From assembly GCA_944384395.1 (NCBI GenBank), contig CALWTD010000035.1, positions 565 through 64,564 on the forward strand: a stretch of 64,000 bases of DNA, read 5' to 3'. Under the pieces are notes generated by a model. That model had not been told where the DNA came from, made no database searches, and saw nothing but the letters and a program-made list of their open reading frames with translations. Source of the DNA: an uncultured Clostridia bacterium (GTDB taxonomy: Bacteria > Bacillota > Clostridia > Christensenellales > UBA1242). Shown piece after piece: positions 9,327 through 20,865 of the stretch (positions are counted from its first letter, which is position 1; every line of letters begins with the position of its first letter). Made by a program: the position numbers and the translations under genes.

Positions 9327-10370
9327 TGGCAGAAGATAATAGATTTATTACAAGTACAAAAAATGCTAGCGACCTTGAAATTGAAAATTCACTAAGACCA
9401 AGGTCTATGAGTGAATATGTTGGTCAGGAAAAAATTAAAAATACGCTTGAAGTGTATATAAAAGCAGCAAAAAAAAGAAACGACACATTAGACCATGTTC
9501 TCTTATATGGTCCACCTGGACTTGGTAAAACAACGCTTTCTCACATTATTGCAAATGAAATGGGTTCACAACTAAAAATAACAAGTGGGCCTGCTATTGA
9601 ACACGCTGCAGACCTTGCGGCAATTGTTACAAATCTTAACAAAGGCGATGTGTTGTTTATTGATGAAATTCATAGATTGAATAAATCAGTTGAAGAAATT
9701 TTATATCCTGCAATGGAAGATTTTGCACTTGATTTTATTGTTGGTAAAGGTCCATCGGCAAAAAATATGCGATTAAAAATTCAACCTTTTACTTTAATTG
9801 GTGCAACGACAAGAGCAGGTATGATTACAGGACCACTTCGAGATAGATTTGGAGTTATTTGTAGATTAGAATTATATACACCACAAGAACTTATGATAAT
9901 AATAAAAAGGTCTAGCAAAATTCTTGGAATTGAAATTGATGACGATGCTTGTTTATGTTTGGCATCTAGAAGTAGAGGTACGCCAAGACTTGCAAATAGA
10001 CTACTTAAAAGAGTTAGAGATTTTGCTGAAGTGATTGGCGAAGGTAAAATAACAAGACTAATTGCAGAAAAGTCTTTATCGCTTATGGAAATAGATGAAT
10101 TAGGGCTTGATTTTGTAGATAGAAGAATATTGGAAAATATTATAAAAAAATTTGGTGGTGGGCCTGTTGGACTTGATACTTTATCGGCAGCAACGGGCGA
10201 AGATAATGCAACAATTGAAGATGTTTATGAACCATATCTTTTGCAACTTGGATTTATCGCAAGAACTCCAAGAGGTAGAGTTGCACTTAGTAAAGCATAT
10301 GAACATCTAAATATTCCAATAAGTGATGAAAAGAAAAAATCACTAGAAATTTATAAGACGGTAGAAAACG

Positions 10371-10384
<14 letters not shown>
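9326..10384 (+). CDS. ruvB: Holliday junction helicase subunit RuvB
   Basis: Walker [22 protein letters not shown], and a full-length match in pattern. TGA stop. Confidence 0.95.
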
Positions 10385-12529
<2,145 letters not shown>

Positions 12530-12606
12530 AAAATTATAACAAATTTATACATTTTATATTTTGTTAATCATTAATATTTATGTTAAAATTTTATTTGGGA
12601 GAAGAA

Positions 12607-12693
12607 ATGATTTTATTGCTAGCAAGTTTAACTAATATTTTAATACCTATCATAATTTTGATAGTTATTACTATTATGCTATGTTTTTTATAA
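12607..12693 (+). CDS. Candidate 28-aa hydrophobic micro-protein (below the ORF-track cutoff)
   Basis: GGGAGAAG RBS-like sequence immediately before the ATG. Translation is MILLLASLTNILIPIIILIVITIMLCFL, a single TM helix. TAA at 12691-12693, 14 nt before yajC. Confidence 0.3.
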   Translation: MILLLASLTNILIPIIILIVITIMLCFL

Positions 12694-12707
12694 TATAAGG
12701 AGGTTAT

Positions 12708-13217
12708 ATGGATTTATTATTAGCAGTTTCAGTTGAACAATGGATTTTATTGGGAGTTTTGTTACTTGTTTTAATAGTTTCACCAATCTTTATGATGGCT
12801 AAAAACAAAAAAGCAATGGCAACAACACAAAAGATGATTGATGAATTAAAAAAAGGTGATACAATTTTAACAACAGCAGGAGTAATTGGTAAAGTTATTT
12901 CAATTGACAGCAAAGAAGGTTATAAAACTGTAACAATTGAAACGGGTGATGAAAAACATAAAGGTTATATGTGTATTGATATTGCGTCTGTATACTACAA
13001 TCTTTCAAATCCAACACAATCACAAACACAACCACAAAACACTTCTGTTAATAAAACTGAAACTAAATTAGAAACAAAAACAGAAGAAAAAACTAAAAAT
13101 AACGACGTAACAACAAATTTGGTTGAAGAAATAAAAGAAACAACTGTTCAAGAAAATGATGTTGATAAAACTACAGTAAAAACAAAAAAAAGTTCAAAAT
13201 CAAAAAAATCTAAATAA
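12708..13217 (+). CDS. yajC: Preprotein translocase subunit YajC with a low-complexity T/K/E/Q-rich C-terminal extension
   Basis: N-terminal TM, the YajC core LKKGDTILTTAGVIGKVISID, AAGGAGG RBS, and the tgt-yajC-secDF context. Confidence 0.85.
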   Translation: MDLLLAVSVEQWILLGVLLLVLIVSPIFMMAKNKKAMATTQKMIDELKKGDTILTTAGVIGKVISIDSKEGYKTVTIETGDEKHKGYMCIDIASVYYNLSNPTQSQTQPQNTSVNKTETKLETKTEEKTKNNDVTTNLVEEIKETTVQENDVDKTTVKTKKSSKSKKSK

Positions 13218-13272
13218 TTATCATAATCACAAAACTTGTTTCATATTTTAAAGTATGAGCAGGAGAGTGAAT

Positions 13273-13683
13273 ATGAAAGTAAAAAATGCAAACTTAAATA
13301 ATACGGAAGAAAAAGTGTCGTTTTTTGTACAAGTCTTAAAAGGTGCACTTATGGCACTGTCTGTATGTTTGATTGCAATTTTGATTTTTGCATTTATTTT
13401 AAGATTTGTTGCAATTAGTGATTTACTAATAAAACCTATAAATCAAGTAATAAAAACCTTGTCTATTTTAGTAGGTACATTTTATGCACTAAAAAAATCT
13501 AAGGATATGGGTTTAATTTCAGGACTTGTTATTGGTCTTATGTTTACAATTATTTCATTTATAGCATTTTCGGTCTTAGATGGAAATTTTGAATTTGGTA
13601 TTTCACTTGTAAATGATTGCTTGTTTGGGTCAATTATTGGTGGAGTATGTGGAATTATTGCAGTTAATCTTAAAAAAAAGTAA
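13273..13683 (+). CDS. Small multi-pass membrane protein (possibly TIGR04086-like)
   Basis: AGGAG RBS lies 7 nt before the ATG at 13273. Three to four hydrophobic helices. The family assignment is from memory only. Confidence 0.55.
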   Translation: MKVKNANLNNTEEKVSFFVQVLKGALMALSVCLIAILIFAFILRFVAISDLLIKPINQVIKTLSILVGTFYALKKSKDMGLISGLVIGLMFTIISFIAFSVLDGNFEFGISLVNDCLFGSIIGGVCGIIAVNLKKK

Positions 13684-13697
13684 TTAATTTCTGCTCT

Positions 13698-13741
13698 AAA
13701 ACAGCGATTTTGTAAATTATACAAAATCGCTGTTTTATTTT
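13698..13741 (+). terminator. Rho-independent terminator
   Basis: Long stem AAACAGCGATTTTGTA / TACAAAATCGCTGTTT followed by a T-run. Confidence 0.85.
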
Positions 13742-13795
13742 TGTGTGAAAATCTTTAAATATGTCCATAAATATTTTATAATGACAAAAAAGTGT

Positions 13796-13824
13796 TTGAC
13801 TAACACTTGTTATTTATTTATAAT
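13796..13824 (+). promoter_or_regulatory. Sigma-A-type promoter for secDF
   Basis: TTGACT, 17-nt spacer, TATAAT. Confidence 0.6.
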
Positions 13825-13868
13825 ACTTACTTGTATGAGTGTGCGTCTTGCACAATTATGGAGATGAT

Positions 13869-15194
13869 ATGGCTAAACGATTTTCAATTATAAACTATGT
13901 TCTGGTATCTATTTTGGTTGCAGTTGGTATTTTTTTATCAGTCTGCTCTTTTAAGATACCATTTTATGTAAATGATTTTGCAAGTTTTGCTGGTGCAATA
14001 CCGCTTGGGTATGATATTGGACAAGGGCAAACTGCCGTTTTTGAAGTTAAACCCACTTCAAGCGAAATAACTTCATTTAATAATCAACAAATGCAAAACA
14101 CAATAAAATTTGTTGAAGATGTTTTAACTAATTTCAATGGAACATTATATCAGGTTGGTCTTGAAAATAACAACATGATTAGGATTGAAATTGCTAAATC
14201 AGACACTAGTGAAGATTTTATGATTGCGTTAAGTGAAAGACTTGAAATTGTAATTCGCGGTGAAGAAACTGATAAAGAAACAGATTTAGATATTAGTGCA
14301 GAAAGAATAAAAAAGTGTTATGCAACATATCAAGCAACAAGTTCAGCATCAAATTCTTATAGTTTTGGTGTTGCTATTGAATTTGATGACCTTGGTAAAA
14401 AACAATTTGAGACACTTACGAGAGAAGTAAAAGATAATGGAAGCACAATCTATTTTTATTCTGATGACGGAGAACAAATAGGTAGTTTGGGTGAAGTAAC
14501 AAAAACAAATTCATATGGTATAACGTTTATGCCAGTTTCTTCACTTACAACCGAAGATGCAACAAAAATGTATGCAGTTAACGTAATGATGGGTGCGATT
14601 GATGCAAAACTTGACATTATAGAGAATAGTGTGAGTTCTGCATTTGTTGGTTATAATAGTTTAACATATGTTGTAATAACATTTGCAATTTCATTTGTTT
14701 TAATTGCAATTTTTATGATTGTTCGTTATAGAGATTTGGGACTTATTGCAATGTTTACAGGTTTGATTAATATAATTTTGTATTTATTTTTCTTACAGGC
14801 ATTGCCAATAGTAACATTAACACTAACAGGCATAATAGGTTGCGTCATAGGTTTTTGTTTAACAATGCTATGTCATGTTATATATTTTGAAAATATCAAA
14901 AAAGAATATAAAATGGGAAGAAAAATTCCACTTTCGTTTAAATTAGGTTACAAAAATTCCGTTTTAAGTATTGTTGATGTGTCAGTTATTTCAATAATTG
15001 CTTCTGTGATTTTGTATTTTGTTGGTTTTGAAATATTAAAATCTTTTGCTGTTGCATTGTTTTTGGGTGGTATTTTTGCTATGTTCTCTTCGTTGGTCGT
15101 TACAAGAGGATTTACAAAATGGTATTTGCCGTTAAATAGCACAAACGCAAAACATTTAAACTTAAAAAAGGAGGCAACAAATGAAGAAAAATAG
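13869..15194 (+). CDS. secD: Protein translocase subunit SecD
   Basis: GGAG RBS before the ATG at 13869. N-terminal TM, a periplasmic domain and a C-terminal 5-TM block, followed by secF. Confidence 0.85.
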   Translation: MAKRFSIINYVLVSILVAVGIFLSVCSFKIPFYVNDFASFAGAIPLGYDIGQGQTAVFEVKPTSSEITSFNNQQMQNTIKFVEDVLTNFNGTLYQVGLENNNMIRIEIAKSDTSEDFMIALSERLEIVIRGEETDKETDLDISAERIKKCYATYQATSSASNSYSFGVAIEFDDLGKKQFETLTREVKDNGSTIYFYSDDGEQIGSLGEVTKTNSYGITFMPVSSLTTEDATKMYAVNVMMGAIDAKLDIIENSVSSAFVGYNSLTYVVITFAISFVLIAIFMIVRYRDLGLIAMFTGLINIILYLFFLQALPIVTLTLTGIIGCVIGFCLTMLCHVIYFENIKKEYKMGRKIPLSFKLGYKNSVLSIVDVSVISIIASVILYFVGFEILKSFAVALFLGGIFAMFSSLVVTRGFTKWYLPLNSTNAKHLNLKKEATNEEK

Positions 15195-16254
15195 TTTTTA
15201 TAATAATTTAAAGCAAAAAGTAAAAAATTCTAATTATAATTTTTCTGGCAACTTTTTGTATCACTTGATTGCTCCACTTGTTATAATTGTTTTGGGTTTG
15301 ATTTTGGGACTAAGTATTAATTTTAATTTAGGCTTAGACTTTAAAGGTGGAACAGTTGCAACTGTTGTTGTTAGTGAAGATATTTCTGTTTCAGAAAACT
15401 ATAAAAATGTTAAAACAAAAATTGACAATGTTTTAAATAAAAATGATGTTGATGGTCTTATATATCAAAAAGTTGAAACATCATATTATGGAAATGCAGT
15501 AACTGTTAAATTCAATCGAGTAAGTGACGAGTTAAAAGAAACTTTAAGAAACGATTTAATTGAAAGTTTTTATCCAACAATAGAAGATGAAAATGAGTTA
15601 CAAATTTTTGTTAAAGTAGACAATTTTGATGCAAACGTTCCAAGTGGTGTTATTCTTTCAACTGCACTTGCTATTTTAGTTATGATTATTGCAGTTTTCA
15701 TCTATGTTGCTTCAAGATTTGGTATCAGTGCTGGTTTTGTTTCAGGTATGATTTGTATATTGGATTTAATAACATTGGTTGGACTTATTGCAATAACTAG
15801 AATACAGTTAGATATTTCTATTGTGTCAGCATTTGTTTTAACTGCTATGTATTCTCTCATTTGCTCAACGATTTTGTTTAACAAAGTAAACGAAAACTTT
15901 AAAAAAGAAATTTATACCAAATACACAAATGCTCAAATTGTTAATATTTCCGTAAAAGATGTTTTAGTTGTAAACACTTCACTTGCAATATTTTTACTTT
16001 TGATTGCTTTCTTTATGGGAATTGTTCCAACAACAATTGTTCGAAACACATCTTTGCCGGTTATGTTGGGTATTTTAATTTCATATTATTCATCTATGTT
16101 TATTACACCAGGACTTTGGAGCAGAACATATATTAAAAGAAGAAAAAAAGAAAAAGTAAAAACAGAAGATAACAATAAAACAACAAAAAATTTAACACAA
16201 GAAGAAATAATAAAAGAACCTGATGTAATAGTAGAAACAGAAGCAAAAGAATAA
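15181..16254 (+). CDS. secF: Protein translocase subunit SecF
   Basis: The LGLDFKGGT motif and a C-terminal TM block. Overlaps secD by 14 nt. Confidence 0.88.
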   Translation: MKKNSFYNNLKQKVKNSNYNFSGNFLYHLIAPLVIIVLGLILGLSINFNLGLDFKGGTVATVVVSEDISVSENYKNVKTKIDNVLNKNDVDGLIYQKVETSYYGNAVTVKFNRVSDELKETLRNDLIESFYPTIEDENELQIFVKVDNFDANVPSGVILSTALAILVMIIAVFIYVASRFGISAGFVSGMICILDLITLVGLIAITRIQLDISIVSAFVLTAMYSLICSTILFNKVNENFKKEIYTKYTNAQIVNISVKDVLVVNTSLAIFLLLIAFFMGIVPTTIVRNTSLPVMLGILISYYSSMFITPGLWSRTYIKRRKKEKVKTEDNNKTTKNLTQEEIIKEPDVIVETEAKE

Positions 16255-16258
16255 AATT

Positions 16259-16290
16259 AAAGCATTAACGAAAGTTAGTGCTTTTTTTGT
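16259..16290 (+). terminator. Rho-independent terminator
   Basis: Stem AGCATTAAC / GTTAGTGCT with a GAAA loop, followed by a T-run. Confidence 0.75.
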
Positions 16291-16376
16291 GTTAAAATCT
16301 TTTGCAAAATAATTTTTATAAGTTATAATGTTATCAGAAGGTTGATGTCTGCTGTGTTGCAGATAGGGTAAAGTAT

Positions 16377-18776
16377 ATGAAGTTAATAAAATTTTATAAT
16401 GATGGTGCATCAAGCGCTATTATTTCGCGATTTGCAAATCAATTTAATATTGATAAAAATGTTATGGAAATCATTTATTCAAAAGGTTATAGAACAAGTG
16501 AAGAGATTTCTAGTTTTTTGTCACCACTAACGCAATCATTTGTTGATCCCTATCTTTTAAGTGGAATGAAAGAATGTTGCGATAAAATTAAAAAAGCAGT
16601 TGATGATAAAAAAGATATTTTAATTTTTGGCGATTATGATGTTGATGGGATTTCAGCAACATCAATTATGCTTATAACATTAAAAAAATTGGGTATAGAT
16701 GCAAGATATTACTTGCCAAACAGATTTATTGATGGTTATGGATTAACTTGTGAAGTAATTGATAAAATTTGTCAAGATCATAAGCCAGATTTAATAATAA
16801 CTGTTGATTGTGGGATAACTTGTTATAATGAAGTTGAATATTGTAAAAAATTAGGTATTGACATAATAGTAACTGACCATCATGAAATACCAGAAATTTT
16901 ACCACAAACTATAGTTGTAAATCCAAAAATTGAAGGTCAAAAATATTCTTTTAATGGATTATGTGGAACAGGTGTTGCATTCAAAATATCTCAAGCACTT
17001 TTAGGAATGAATAATTGTGATGATGTTTTGCCTATTGCTTGTATAGCAACAATTGCAGATATAGTTCCACTGACAAATGAAAACAGAACTATTGTTGCTA
17101 AAGGATTAAAACTTTTTAATAAATATTTACCTTACGGATTAAAATGTTTATTTAAACAAAATAAATTGAATTTGGATAAAATTGAAGCAAGTGATATTGC
17201 ATTTAAAATTGCTCCAAAACTAAATGCATCTGGAAGAATGGGTGATGCAAGTGATTCTCTTAAACTTATTTTGGAAACAAATCCTGCAAAAGTAAAAATC
17301 CTTATTGATAAAATAAATAATCACAATTTAAAAAGACAAGAACTTTGCAACAAAGTTTTTGATGATTGTATGAAAGAATTGCAAGATAAAAATATGTCTA
17401 AATTGCCAGCAATTATTTTAAAATCGAAAGAATGGGATAGTGGTATTTTGGGAATTGTTTGTTCTAGAATATTAGAAATATACAATAGGCCGGTAATTTT
17501 ATTAGCAGAAAACAATGGAGAATTAAAAGGTTCGGCAAGAAGTATTGAAGATGTTAACATTCATCAAGTTTTAAATTCTGTAAAAGATATTTTGGAAGTA
17601 TTTGGTGGACATAAAGTAGCAGCAGGTCTAACTCTTAAAACAGAATATTTTGAAGAATTTAAAAATCGTGTTTGTTCTTTCATGATTGAAAATATAAACA
17701 CAAAGGCTTTTATTCCTATTGAATATTATGATTTAGAGTTATCGTTAAATGATTTAAGTGAAAAATTATTTGAAGATTTGAAAAAAATTGAACCATGTGG
17801 CTGTGAAAATTCAAAGCCAAAATTTATGATAAAAACTCCTATAATTAAACTAACACCATTAAAATTAAATTCACCACATGCATATATTGGAATAAACAAA
17901 AAATTAAATTTAATATTTTTTAATTATTTAAAACATTATCCAAGACTTAATTTTGGTAAAGAATATAAGTTTGTTTTTGAACTACAAACTTATAATAGAG
18001 GTGTGTTTAAAGGCATTACAAAAACATTTTCAACAAGCGATGAAGTAAAAGAAAATGCAAGTAAGTATTTCAATGCTTTTAAATTCAATCAATTTAAGTA
18101 TTTAGAATTTAAAGGTCAAGAAAATAAAAATGTAAAAGTATATAATGAAAGTGAACTTTTAAATTTTGTTGTTGATTGTTCGAGTAATGTCTTTGGCACT
18201 TGTTTTGTTTGTTTTAATATTGAAAAATATAAAAAGTTTATTTCTTCCTATGATTTAAAAAATATTTTTGAAATAAATTTTATAGATACAAATACAACAG
18301 GATTTAATGCAATAAATTTATGTCCACTTGAAATAACTTTTGCAAAAAGTTATAAAAAAATTGTGTTTTTGGATACGGTGCTTGATTTAAGTTATTTAAG
18401 TGCGATAAACAATATATCTAATGCCGAGATTTTTATTCCAGAAATTGATGCAACTGACAAAGAATTGTTTATAAATTTGAATTTAAACCGTAACGCAATT
18501 AAAAATTTTTATATAAATTTATTAAAAATACAAAATAATTTGTTTACAAATATTTTAAGTGTTTATTCCAAAATGGTAAGAGACTTAAAGTATAAAATAA
18601 ATTTTAATAATTTCTTAATTTATTTTTATATTTTAACAGAATTAAAAATAATAAATCCATATTTACAAGATGGTTTATTTGCCTTTAAAATAAATAAAAA
18701 TAATAAAAATGAATTAAATAATTCAAAAATATATAATACTGCAAATTTAATTAGGAGAATTTATGGAAAAAATTAA
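16377..18776 (+). CDS. recJ: Single-stranded-DNA-specific exonuclease RecJ
   Basis: DHH motifs ILIFGDYDVDGISA, TVDCG, VTDHH and the DHHA1 motif GGHKVAAG. Confidence 0.9.
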   Translation: MKLIKFYNDGASSAIISRFANQFNIDKNVMEIIYSKGYRTSEEISSFLSPLTQSFVDPYLLSGMKECCDKIKKAVDDKKDILIFGDYDVDGISATSIMLITLKKLGIDARYYLPNRFIDGYGLTCEVIDKICQDHKPDLIITVDCGITCYNEVEYCKKLGIDIIVTDHHEIPEILPQTIVVNPKIEGQKYSFNGLCGTGVAFKISQALLGMNNCDDVLPIACIATIADIVPLTNENRTIVAKGLKLFNKYLPYGLKCLFKQNKLNLDKIEASDIAFKIAPKLNASGRMGDASDSLKLILETNPAKVKILIDKINNHNLKRQELCNKVFDDCMKELQDKNMSKLPAIILKSKEWDSGILGIVCSRILEIYNRPVILLAENNGELKGSARSIEDVNIHQVLNSVKDILEVFGGHKVAAGLTLKTEYFEEFKNRVCSFMIENINTKAFIPIEYYDLELSLNDLSEKLFEDLKKIEPCGCENSKPKFMIKTPIIKLTPLKLNSPHAYIGINKKLNLIFFNYLKHYPRLNFGKEYKFVFELQTYNRGVFKGITKTFSTSDEVKENASKYFNAFKFNQFKYLEFKGQENKNVKVYNESELLNFVVDCSSNVFGTCFVCFNIEKYKKFISSYDLKNIFEINFIDTNTTGFNAINLCPLEITFAKSYKKIVFLDTVLDLSYLSAINNISNAEIFIPEIDATDKELFINLNLNRNAIKNFYINLLKIQNNLFTNILSVYSKMVRDLKYKINFNNFLIYFYILTELKIINPYLQDGLFAFKINKNNKNELNNSKIYNTANLIRRIYGKN

Positions 18777-20865
18777 ATTGCTTATAAATAATAATTTTAA
18801 TTTAGATGAAAAAGATAAAATTTTATTGGATAATATTTGTGTAAATTTTGACAAATTAAAAGAAGATAAAATAGTTACTATAATAAATAATTTAATAAAA
18901 TTTAGATTAGATTTTGATTCTATAATTGCATATTTAGCATTTGAATTAAATTATAAATTTGATGAAAGTGTAGATGCCGATATACTAAAAGTATATAATA
19001 CGCTGATGTCTAATTTTACTATATCAGAAGGTATGTCAAAGCAAGAACAAGCAGATGTTTTAAGGAAAATGTTTATTGCAATGAGTAATGATGTAAGGGT
19101 TATTGTTATAAGACTTTATATTATGCTTTATGAAATATCAAATTACAAATTACCGCTTGCACAAAAACAACACCAAAATTTAATTGATATTAGAGATATT
19201 TATGCACCACTTGCAGAAAGGTTGGGTTTAAATTCTTTAAAATCTGAACTTGAAGATTATTGTCTGAAATACTTAAACCACAAAACATATGAAAATCTTG
19301 CAAAAAGTGTTATGCTTCAAAAAGATGAAAACCAAAAACAAATTGAATTAACAACAAAAAAACTTGAAGAAATATTAAAAGAATTAAATTTAAAAAATGC
19401 AACAATAATGGCGAGACAAAAACACTTTTCAAGTATCTATAAAAAAATTAAATCAAAAGGATATTCGCTTGCAAATATTTATGATTTAATTGCTGTTAGA
19501 GTTATTGTTGATACTGTTGAAGAATGTTATGCAGTTCTTGGAAAAATTCATGGTATCTATAAACCAATGGAAGGAAGATTTAAAGATTATATTGCTTCTC
19601 CTAAACCAAACGGATATCAATCTTTGCACACAACAATTATAGCTGAAAATGACAGACCACTTGAAATTCAAATAAGAACAAACGAAATGCATAAACTTGC
19701 AGAATTTGGTGTGTTTGCACATTGGCTTTATAAAGAAAAGAAAAACAAACTAAGTGAATTAGATAAAAAAATCTCTTGGCTTCGTGAAATTATGGAGTCA
19801 TCAAAAGACTTAACTGGTGAAGAATTTGTTGACACTTTGAGAACGAATTTGTGTGAAGGACAAATATATGTTCAAACTCCCAAAGGTAAGGTTCTAGAAT
19901 TTATTGAAGGTGCAACAGTTTTAGATTTCGCATATAGTATTCACTCAGACATTGGCAATGCTTGCGTTGGTGCAAAAATAAACGGTAATATTAAACCTCT
20001 TTCAACAAAAATGAAAAATGGTGATATTATTGAAATTATCACATCACAAAATTCAAAAGGGCCATCAAAAGATTGGCTAAAAATAGTAAAAACATCATCG
20101 GCAAAATCAAAAATAAACTCATATTTTAAGCATCAATTAAGAGAAGAAAATGTAAAACTCGGTTTAAATATGCTTGAGCAAGCAATAAAAGCAAGAGGAT
20201 ACTCTCCAAATAAATTACTAGTTGATAAATACTTAAATTTGGAACAATTTAAATATGTTTTTAATACCAAAGATGAATTATTTGCTTCAATAGGATATGG
20301 AAGTGTTCCTGTAAATAACATTTGCAATAAAATTTGTCAACTCTATGAACAAGACCATAAAGATGAAATTGTAAGTAATGTTATAAATCAGTCCAATAAT
20401 TCACTAACAATAAAAAGAAACAAAGATGGAATTCTTGTTGATGGTGATAGTGGTATGCTTATTAGATATGCAGGTTGTTGTTCTCCTGTTTTTGGTGAAG
20501 AAATAAAAGGTTATATTTCTCGTGGCAGGGGTGTAACAATTCATAGAAAAGATTGCCCAAATTTAAAATATTTAGAAAACGAACGACTTATTGATGCTGT
20601 TTGGGACGATAATATCAAAAGCAGAACAACAAGTGTATTAGTTAAAATTTTATCATCAAAATCTGATAAATTTTTAGTAACATTAACACAGGAATTAGTT
20701 AGTGCTGGATATAGAATTTTGGGCCTTGATAGTAAAGAAAATGCACAAGATAAAATAACCACAACAGCAAAAATAGAAGTTCATAGACAAGAAGATTTAA
20801 CAAAAATTATTAACATTATTAAAGACATAAATTGTGTTGAAGATGTGTTTAGGGTAGGGCAATAA
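18763..20865 (+). CDS. relA: Long RSH (p)ppGpp synthetase with a degenerate hydrolase (pseudo-HD) domain
   Basis: The synthetase motifs are intact (RQKHFSSIYKK, DLIAVRVIV, NGYQSLHTTI, EIQIRTNEMH, AHWLYKE), and TGS and C-terminal ACT-like regions are present. The N-terminal region lacks the HD-domain His/Asp motifs. AGGAG RBS. Confidence 0.88.
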   Translation: MEKIKLLINNNFNLDEKDKILLDNICVNFDKLKEDKIVTIINNLIKFRLDFDSIIAYLAFELNYKFDESVDADILKVYNTLMSNFTISEGMSKQEQADVLRKMFIAMSNDVRVIVIRLYIMLYEISNYKLPLAQKQHQNLIDIRDIYAPLAERLGLNSLKSELEDYCLKYLNHKTYENLAKSVMLQKDENQKQIELTTKKLEEILKELNLKNATIMARQKHFSSIYKKIKSKGYSLANIYDLIAVRVIVDTVEECYAVLGKIHGIYKPMEGRFKDYIASPKPNGYQSLHTTIIAENDRPLEIQIRTNEMHKLAEFGVFAHWLYKEKKNKLSELDKKISWLREIMESSKDLTGEEFVDTLRTNLCEGQIYVQTPKGKVLEFIEGATVLDFAYSIHSDIGNACVGAKINGNIKPLSTKMKNGDIIEIITSQNSKGPSKDWLKIVKTSSAKSKINSYFKHQLREENVKLGLNMLEQAIKARGYSPNKLLVDKYLNLEQFKYVFNTKDELFASIGYGSVPVNNICNKICQLYEQDHKDEIVSNVINQSNNSLTIKRNKDGILVDGDSGMLIRYAGCCSPVFGEEIKGYISRGRGVTIHRKDCPNLKYLENERLIDAVWDDNIKSRTTSVLVKILSSKSDKFLVTLTQELVSAGYRILGLDSKENAQDKITTTAKIEVHRQEDLTKIINIIKDINCVEDVFRVGQ

